47,522 nucleotides of DNA, taken from contig JAJZQZ010000002.1 in the NCBI GenBank assembly GCA_021802965.1, positions 1 to 47,522 on the forward strand. The letters are read 5' to 3'. The notes under the pieces are model-generated. The model searched no databases. It saw only the letters and a program-made list of their open reading frames with translations, and had not been told where the DNA came from. This stretch comes from Actinomycetes bacterium (GTDB taxonomy: Bacteria; Actinomycetota; Thermoleophilia; RBG-16-64-13). Every line of letters starts with the position of its first letter. Within the stretch, counting starts at the first letter, position 1. Both the position numbers and the translations under genes were made by a program. Positions 42,336 through 47,522 of this stretch are shown here, in pieces.

Positions 42336-42398
42336 CCTGCGTCCTCGTCTCGCGCTCGTCCGTCGCGCCCGGCGGCAAAGCGTCATTCTTCGGCAGCC
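42336..42398 (+). repeat. Truncated copy (63 nt) of the intergenic repeat; fills the LuxR-stop to ACAD-start spacer
   Basis: 55/64 aligned positions (86 %) are identical to 532-595, including GGCGGCAAAGCGTCA. It lacks the left terminal arm. Confidence 0.7.
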
Positions 42399-42401
42399 TG
42401 C

Positions 42402-45218
42402 TCAGGAGATGAGACCGAGCTCCCGAGCTCGCGCGACCGCCCGGGTGCGGCTGTGAGCGCGTAGCTTACCGTTGATGTTGCGCAGATGGAACTTGACCGT
42501 GGGCACGGTGACGAACAGCCGGTCGGCGAGCTCGCTGTTGGAGAGTCCCCGCGCCACCATCTCGAGGATCTCCGTCTCTCGCGCCGTGAGGGGCTCGGAT
42601 GGCTGCTCTCCCACGTGCTCGAAGGCGTCGGCGCCCTGCCCGAGCGTGGCGGCCACCGGGAGTCCGTGGGCGGCGCGGGAGCCCGTCGCGCCCGCCTCCA
42701 GCACGCGGTCAAGGTAGTCGATCGTCAGAGTGCCGGCGAGCGGGGGCTCCTCGGCGAGCGCGCTCCGCAGCTCGGCCGCCAGGCGCAGCACCCTGGCCCC
42801 TTCGTCGGCGAACGTGCGGACGAACCCCTCCTGGCTTCCGAAGAAGAGGGCCTCGCGCAGCGTCCGGAGCGCCCCGCGGTGGTCGCGGGCGCCCTCGAGA
42901 GCCTCGGCCATGAGGATGCGCAGCTTGAGCGCCCGACGCAGGTGGCCCGTGTCGCCCGCCCTCGCCAGCTCGGTACGGGCGAGAGCGAGCGCCCGTGCGT
43001 GCTGCCCCGATCGGGTGAGGAGCCTGACCCGGCTCACCTCGCACGTCTCGGGGTCGCTGGCCGGCATGCCCCAGCCGGCGAAGAGCCGCCAGACCTGGGA
43101 GTCTTCGTCGCTCTGCTGCTGCAGCTGTTCGGCCTCCGCCACGTGTCCATGCTGCAGAGCCAGGCGGATCTTCTCCAGGCGGAGGGTGGCGGCGACCCGC
43201 GGCGTCGCGCGTTCTCGGCCGAGGAGCTCGGCCTCTTCGAGCAGGCGCGAAGCGGCCTTCTCCTCTCCTCGCACGACATGCACCCGCGCGAGCGTGAGGT
43301 ACCCGAGCATCATGACGTCGAGCGGGACGCATTCCCTGAAACGGTCACGCGATTCGGCCAGCAGCTGCTCGGCTTCGTCGAGCCGGTCCATCTCGTAGAG
43401 CGCCTCGGCCAGGAAGACCGCCGCAACCGCGCCCGTCTGACTCTGGGTGAGCGAAGCCTGGCGCACCGTCGTCTCCGCCGCTTGGTAGCGTTCGAGCGCG
43501 ACGCTGAGGCGCCCTTGGAGCAGATCCAACGCTCCGATCAGGCAGACGGAATACATCGCCCCGAAGACGTTCCCCCCCCGGGAGTGACAGACCTCGGCGC
43601 TCTCCAGGAGGTCGCGCGCTTCGTCGAAACGTCCCGCCTCGAGGAGGCGGCAGCCGAGGCAGTTGGCAAGAACACCATAGGGGAACGACTCGCGGTCGGC
43701 GATCAGCGGAAGATTCCGCTCCGAGAGCTCGAGGCACTCGTGCACGTTGTCGGTCAGCGAGAGCACGACCGATTCGAGCGAGTACACCTGGTCGAGGACG
43801 GTCGGGTCGGCCGGGTGGTCCGGATCGAGCCCCTGCACGATCTGATCGAGAACGACGCGGGCCTCGGCATGGCGGTGGCGCATCGAGAGGGCCCAGCAGA
43901 GCGCGATGCGCAGCTCGGGGTGGCGGTCGAGGGTCTCGGAGGGGAGGCGGTCGACCCAGTCGGCCACCGTGCGCAGTTGCCCGAGCCCCACGAGCGTCAT
44001 CGCGCACTCGGCGACCAGGCCCGCGGCCCTGTCGAGGTCGCCGGCCGCCAAAGCATGCTTCGCGGCTTCGACCGCGTGCCCCTGATCCACGAACCAGTCC
44101 GCCGCCAGATGATGCAGGTCGGGCACGGCCTCGGGCAGATACCGCTCGGCCTGACTCCGGAGGAACTCCGAGAAGAGGTTATGGTAGCGGTACCAGCGCC
44201 GGTCCTTGTCGAGCGGCATGAGGAAGAGGTGGGCCTGCTCGAGGTACGAGAGGAGCTCGTAGCTGTCCGACCGTCCGGTGACCGTGTCGCACAGGGGGCC
44301 TGAGAGCCGGTCGAGCACGCTGGTCTCGAGCAAGAAGCGCCGCACATCCTCCGGTTGGCGCGAGAGGACATCTTCGGCCAGGTAGTCGGCGATGTCGGCG
44401 AAGGAACCCGAGAACGACTCGATGAGCGCCTTCTTGTCGGCGCGTCCGGTAAGAGCGAGGGCGGAGAGCTGCAGGCCGGCGGCCCAGCCTTCGGTGCAGC
44501 CGTAGAGCCGGGCAAGCTCGTAGTCGGCGAGCTCGAGGCCCCGGCACCTGCGGAGGAAGAGGTCGGTCTCGTCCCAGGCGAAGCGCAGGTCGTCGAGGTC
44601 GATCTCGCAGAGCTGGCCCCGCACGCGCAGCCGGGCGAGGCCCAGGTCGGGAGTGCGCCGTGATGCCACGACCAGCAGCTGCCCGGGAAGTGAGCCGGCG
44701 ATGAGTCCCCGCACGATCTGCAAGACCTCGGCGTTGTGCACGACCTCGAAATCGTCGAGGAACAGCGCGATCGGCCGGCCGTACTCTTCGGTCATCCACT
44801 GGCGTATGCGCAGGATGTGCTCTCCCGCGCCGTTCCCGGCGCCGTAGGGAGAGCCTTCCCGGGCGACCCCGTCGAGGGAAGGGTCGATGGTGCGGAGCGC
44901 TCCCACGACGTACGCTTGGAACCGGGCCACGTCGTTGTCGGCCTCGTCCAGCGTGAGCCAAGCGGTGGGGACGCCGCGCTCCTGCAGCCGGGCGTGGAGC
45001 TGGAGCATGACCGTGGTCTTGCCGAACCCCGCCGGGGCGTGGATGAGGGCGAGTCTCGAGTGCAGAGCGGAGCCGAGCCACTCGTCGATCCGGTTTCGCT
45101 CGATCGAGGAGTCGGCGAGCGGTGGGCTGAGCTTCGAACGCAGGAGCCGCGGGTCGTGCTCGCTCGACTCGAGTGGCTCACGCCCGACTTGTTCGGTCGG
45201 TCTTTCGGTGCCCTTCAC
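42402..45218 (-). CDS. Large ATP-binding LuxR-family regulator (LAL / MalT-like)
   Basis: Contains Walker A HAPAGFGKTTVM, a long TPR-like helical region and a C-terminal LuxR HTH (LTARETEILEMVARGLSNSELADRLFVTVPTVKFHLRNINGKL). I prefer GTG 45218 (RBS GGGGGGAG) because codons 45219-45350 show 34 % A/T at third positions versus about 19 % just downstream. Confidence 0.82.
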   Translation of the reverse strand: MKGTERPTEQVGREPLESSEHDPRLLRSKLSPPLADSSIERNRIDEWLGSALHSRLALIHAPAGFGKTTVMLQLHARLQERGVPTAWLTLDEADNDVARFQAYVVGALRTIDPSLDGVAREGSPYGAGNGAGEHILRIRQWMTEEYGRPIALFLDDFEVVHNAEVLQIVRGLIAGSLPGQLLVVASRRTPDLGLARLRVRGQLCEIDLDDLRFAWDETDLFLRRCRGLELADYELARLYGCTEGWAAGLQLSALALTGRADKKALIESFSGSFADIADYLAEDVLSRQPEDVRRFLLETSVLDRLSGPLCDTVTGRSDSYELLSYLEQAHLFLMPLDKDRRWYRYHNLFSEFLRSQAERYLPEAVPDLHHLAADWFVDQGHAVEAAKHALAAGDLDRAAGLVAECAMTLVGLGQLRTVADWVDRLPSETLDRHPELRIALCWALSMRHRHAEARVVLDQIVQGLDPDHPADPTVLDQVYSLESVVLSLTDNVHECLELSERNLPLIADRESFPYGVLANCLGCRLLEAGRFDEARDLLESAEVCHSRGGNVFGAMYSVCLIGALDLLQGRLSVALERYQAAETTVRQASLTQSQTGAVAAVFLAEALYEMDRLDEAEQLLAESRDRFRECVPLDVMMLGYLTLARVHVVRGEEKAASRLLEEAELLGRERATPRVAATLRLEKIRLALQHGHVAEAEQLQQQSDEDSQVWRLFAGWGMPASDPETCEVSRVRLLTRSGQHARALALARTELARAGDTGHLRRALKLRILMAEALEGARDHRGALRTLREALFFGSQEGFVRTFADEGARVLRLAAELRSALAEEPPLAGTLTIDYLDRVLEAGATGSRAAHGLPVAATLGQGADAFEHVGEQPSEPLTARETEILEMVARGLSNSELADRLFVTVPTVKFHLRNINGKLRAHSRTRAVARARELGLIS

Positions 45219-45251
45219 CTGCTCCCCCCTGGGATCCGATGAGCCGTTACC

Positions 45252-45280
45252 ATTCTGCCGCTCTGATGGGGGATTGACAA
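45252..45280 (-). promoter_or_regulatory. Candidate promoter for the LuxR-family gene in the divergent intergenic region
   Basis: On the - strand: TTGTCA (45280-45275), a 17-nt spacer, then CAGAAT (45257-45252). The same hexamer region reads TTGACA on the + strand. Confidence 0.3.
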
Positions 45281-45393
45281 CCCCGGCCCTCGCGCGACTA
45301 TCCAAAGGGACGGGGCGGGCGGTTCGCGCTGCGGTTAGTGTGTACTCCACCGACCGCCTCGACTGGTCGATAGGGTCGCATCAGAACGGGGGG

Positions 45394-46431
45394 ATGATGA
45401 AGGCGTATCGCTTCTGCGCGTGGCAGACGGAGCCCGAGTTGGTGGAGAAGCCGGTGCCGGAGGCGGGGCCGGGGCAGGTGCTGCTCAAGATCGCCGGATC
45501 CGGCGTGTGCCACTCCGACCTCCATGTCATGGAGTGGCCCGAGGGGGTCAACGACTGGGACCTGCCGTTCACCTTCGGCCACGAGAACACAGGGTGGGTC
45601 GAGGCCGTCGGCCACGGCGTGGGCGGCCTCGAGGTGGGTGAGGCGGTGGCCGTGTACGGGGCCTGGGGCTGCGGTCGCTGTGCCAATTGCCGCACGGGCA
45701 AGGAGAACTATTGTCTGGCCCCGGGGCGCGCGCTCGGTGGGGGCCTGGGCGCCGACGGCGGCATGGCCGAGTACATGCTGGTCCCGGCCGCACGCTGGCT
45801 GCTCCCGCTTGGAGACCTGGACCCCCGCGAGGCCGCGCCGCTCACCGATGCCGCGCTGACCCCCTACCACGCCATCAGACGCTCGCTGCTCCTGTTGACC
45901 CCTGGGTCATCGGCCGTAGTGATCGGGGCGGGCGGCCTGGGCCAGATGGCGATACAGATCCTCAAGGCGCTGAGCCCGGCTCGCGTGGTCGCGGTCGACA
46001 CCGATCCGGCCAAGCTCGGCCTGGCGAGGCAGAACGGCGCCGACGACACCGTCCTCTCGTCCGACTCCGCGGCGACCACCATCAGGGAGATCACGCGGGG
46101 CAGAGGCGCCCGACTGGTGCTGGACCTCGTGGGCTCCGACGCGTCGATGGCCCTGGCGGCCAAAGTCGCGGCGGTGCAGGGCCACCTCACCGTCGTCGGT
46201 CTCGCCATGGGGACGCTCGCATTCGACTTTCGTGCGGTTCCCTGGGAATGCTCGATTGCGGCGACGTACTGGGGCACGCTCCCCGAGTTGGCCGAGGTGA
46301 TCTCCCTTGCCCAGACGGGCAAGATCCGGTCGCGCGTGGAGTACTTCCCGCTCGAGAGGGCCCGCGAGGCCTACGCCCGCATGCGCGCCGGGACGCTCGA
46401 CGGGCGCGCCGTCATCACGCCGAACGGATAG
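45394..46431 (+). CDS. Zn-dependent alcohol dehydrogenase (MDR family)
   Basis: Contains GVCHSDLH, GHENTG, CGRCANCRTGKENYC and VIGAGGLG. ATG start after ACGGGGGG. Confidence 0.9.
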   Translation: MMKAYRFCAWQTEPELVEKPVPEAGPGQVLLKIAGSGVCHSDLHVMEWPEGVNDWDLPFTFGHENTGWVEAVGHGVGGLEVGEAVAVYGAWGCGRCANCRTGKENYCLAPGRALGGGLGADGGMAEYMLVPAARWLLPLGDLDPREAAPLTDAALTPYHAIRRSLLLLTPGSSAVVIGAGGLGQMAIQILKALSPARVVAVDTDPAKLGLARQNGADDTVLSSDSAATTIREITRGRGARLVLDLVGSDASMALAAKVAAVQGHLTVVGLAMGTLAFDFRAVPWECSIAATYWGTLPELAEVISLAQTGKIRSRVEYFPLERAREAYARMRAGTLDGRAVITPNG

Positions 46432-46460
46432 CACACGCAACCAGGCATGGGGGAGGCATC

Positions 46461-47225
46461 ATGAGGGGGATGGAGGGCAAGGTCGCTTTGGTGACGGGCG
46501 CGGGCTCGGGCATCGGGCGGGCGACCGCTCTGGCGTTCGCCCGCGGGGGAGCGAGGGTGGTGGCGGCCGACCTGGCCGCGGAGGGCAACCGGGAGACGGT
46601 CGCGCTCATCCGGGAGGCCGGCGGCGCCGCCGAGCAGGTGCAGGCCGACGTGTCGGTCTCCGACGATGTGCGGGCGATGGTGCGCTTCGCCATCGACAAC
46701 TGCGGGCGTCTCGACTATGCGGTCAACAACGCCGGCATCGGGGGGGAGCTGGCCTTTCACACCGCCGACTACCCCGAGGAGGCCTGGCAGCGGCTCATCG
46801 GCATCAACCTGACCGGGGTCTTCTTGTGCATGAAGTACGAGATCCCCGAGCTGCTCAAAGCGGGGGACGGGGTCATCGTCAACATGGCCTCCGTCCTGGG
46901 CACCGTCGGCCTGCCGGGAGCGGCGGCCTACACCGCGGCCAAGCACGGCGTCCTCGGTCTCACCAAGACCGCCGCGCTGGAATACGGACCCCAGGGGCTG
47001 CGGGTGACGGCCCTCTGTCCCGGCTTCGTAGAGACTCCGCTGATCCGGCAGGGCGGCATCGAGGAGGGAGACGATATCCACCGCGCCATCGCCGGTATGC
47101 ACGCGCTGAAGCGCTGGGGCACCGCGGACGAGGTCGCCGCGGCGGCGGTGTGGCTCTGCTCGGCCGAGGCTTCCTTCGTGACCGGGGCGGGGATGCTCGT
47201 CGACGGAGGGTATACCGCGCAGTAG
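46461..47225 (+). CDS. Short-chain dehydrogenase/reductase (classical SDR)
   Basis: Contains TGAGSGIG, NNAG and YTAAKHG. RBS GGGGGAGG. Confidence 0.9.
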   Translation: MRGMEGKVALVTGAGSGIGRATALAFARGGARVVAADLAAEGNRETVALIREAGGAAEQVQADVSVSDDVRAMVRFAIDNCGRLDYAVNNAGIGGELAFHTADYPEEAWQRLIGINLTGVFLCMKYEIPELLKAGDGVIVNMASVLGTVGLPGAAAYTAAKHGVLGLTKTAALEYGPQGLRVTALCPGFVETPLIRQGGIEEGDDIHRAIAGMHALKRWGTADEVAAAAVWLCSAEASFVTGAGMLVDGGYTAQ

Positions 47226-47345
47226 AAGACTATCCCTATGGACGGTGCGGCCTTTCGGCGACCCGCGTAGGGTGTCGCCATGACCCGGCGAAGGACGTGC
47301 CGGCGGTGATGGGGGGCTGAGCTCAAGGTATCGGGGGGAGCCGCG

Positions 47346-47522
47346 GTGCGAGAGGTAGCGGTAGTCGGCGTCGGCATGACGCGTTTCGGCAAGTTGCTGG
47401 AGAAATCCAACAAGGACCTGGTGCGGGAGGCGGTAGAGGCCGCCTTGACCGACGCCGGAGCGGAGAAGCGGGACCTCGAGGCCGCCTACGTGGGCAACTC
47501 GATGGCCGGGATCTTGACCGGT
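47346..47522 (+). CDS. N-terminal fragment of a thiolase-like protein (SCP-x / lipid-transfer-type thiolase); 3' end lies outside the window
   Basis: Hand translation from the GTG gives VREVAVVGVGMTRFGKLLEKSNKDLVREAVEAALTDAGAEKRDLEAAYVGNSMAGILTG. RBS GGGGGGAG lies 5 nt upstream. It is not in the ORF track because it is under 60 aa. Confidence 0.6.
   Translation, partial: MREVAVVGVGMTRFGKLLEKSNKDLVREAVEAALTDAGAEKRDLEAAYVGNSMAGILTG

Noticed and set aside
45274-45302. A + strand promoter for the ADH at 45394, using TTGACA (45274-45279).
   Set aside because: The best -10-like hexamer (TATCCA) needs a 19-nt spacer, and the 17-18-nt positions read ACTATC/CTATCC. That is too weak to call.
45219-45350. 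44-codon N-terminal extension of the LuxR/LAL regulator.
   Set aside because: Third-position A/T is about 34 %. An RBS (GGGGGGAG) precedes the internal GTG at 45218, and the extension would swallow the divergent promoter region. I cannot fully exclude it without homologue alignment.
1-47522. Search for tRNA/rRNA genes, CRISPR arrays, IS elements, integrases, toxin-antitoxin or defence genes, and for MftD (LldD-like FMN enzyme), MftE (creatininase-like), MftG (GMC) or MftR (TetR).
   Set aside because: None of the intergenic gaps is long or structured enough for a tRNA or CRISPR array, and no ORF has the corresponding motifs. Absence within this window does not prove absence from the genome.

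Overview
High-GC (about 68-70 %) bacterial chromosomal segment. The style is Actinobacteria- or Thermomicrobia-like, but the taxon cannot be determined from sequence alone. It is densely coding: I support about 46 CDS and found no rRNA, tRNA, CRISPR array, transposase or integrase. Genes run on the + strand from 1 to 24917, on the - strand from 24868 to 45218, and on the + strand again from 45394 to the end. The content is a ketone/alcohol/acyloin catabolic island. It holds an acetophenone/acetone-carboxylase-like ATP-dependent carboxylase cluster (HyuA' fragment, small Zn subunit, HyuA, HyuB, URO-D-family protein) and a run of dehydrogenases (2 SDR, 3 Zn-ADH, 1 Fe-ADH/GldA-like, LDH/MDH-like, ketopantoate-reductase-like). 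It also holds a TPP-dependent E1alpha/E1beta/E2 set, a split transketolase preceded by a tiny Zn-ribbon protein, an AcuB-like CBS protein, two LivKHMGF-type ABC importers, IclR, GntR/FadR and large LuxR (LAL) regulators, and an acyl-CoA dehydrogenase coupled to a Cys-rich DUF2284-like protein. The most interesting feature is a tightly coupled nine-gene operon on the - strand (24868-33250). It opens with a 41-aa mycofactocin-type precursor that is absent from the ORF track (C-terminus VDGICGVY), followed by MftB and the radical-SAM/SPASM maturase MftC, and it ends with the MftF-type glycosyltransferase. Where the canonical mftD/mftE would sit, it carries an FMN/[4Fe-4S] OYE-family flavoprotein plus FixB-FixC-FixX-FixA (ETF and ETF:quinone oxidoreductase). 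I also found a family of intergenic repeats bounded by terminal inverted repeats: a 160-nt long form, a 68-nt internally deleted form and a 63-nt truncated copy. A 20-bp operator duplicated around the GntR gene overlaps or abuts two good promoters. Many long antisense or out-of-frame ORFs in the track are high-GC artefacts.
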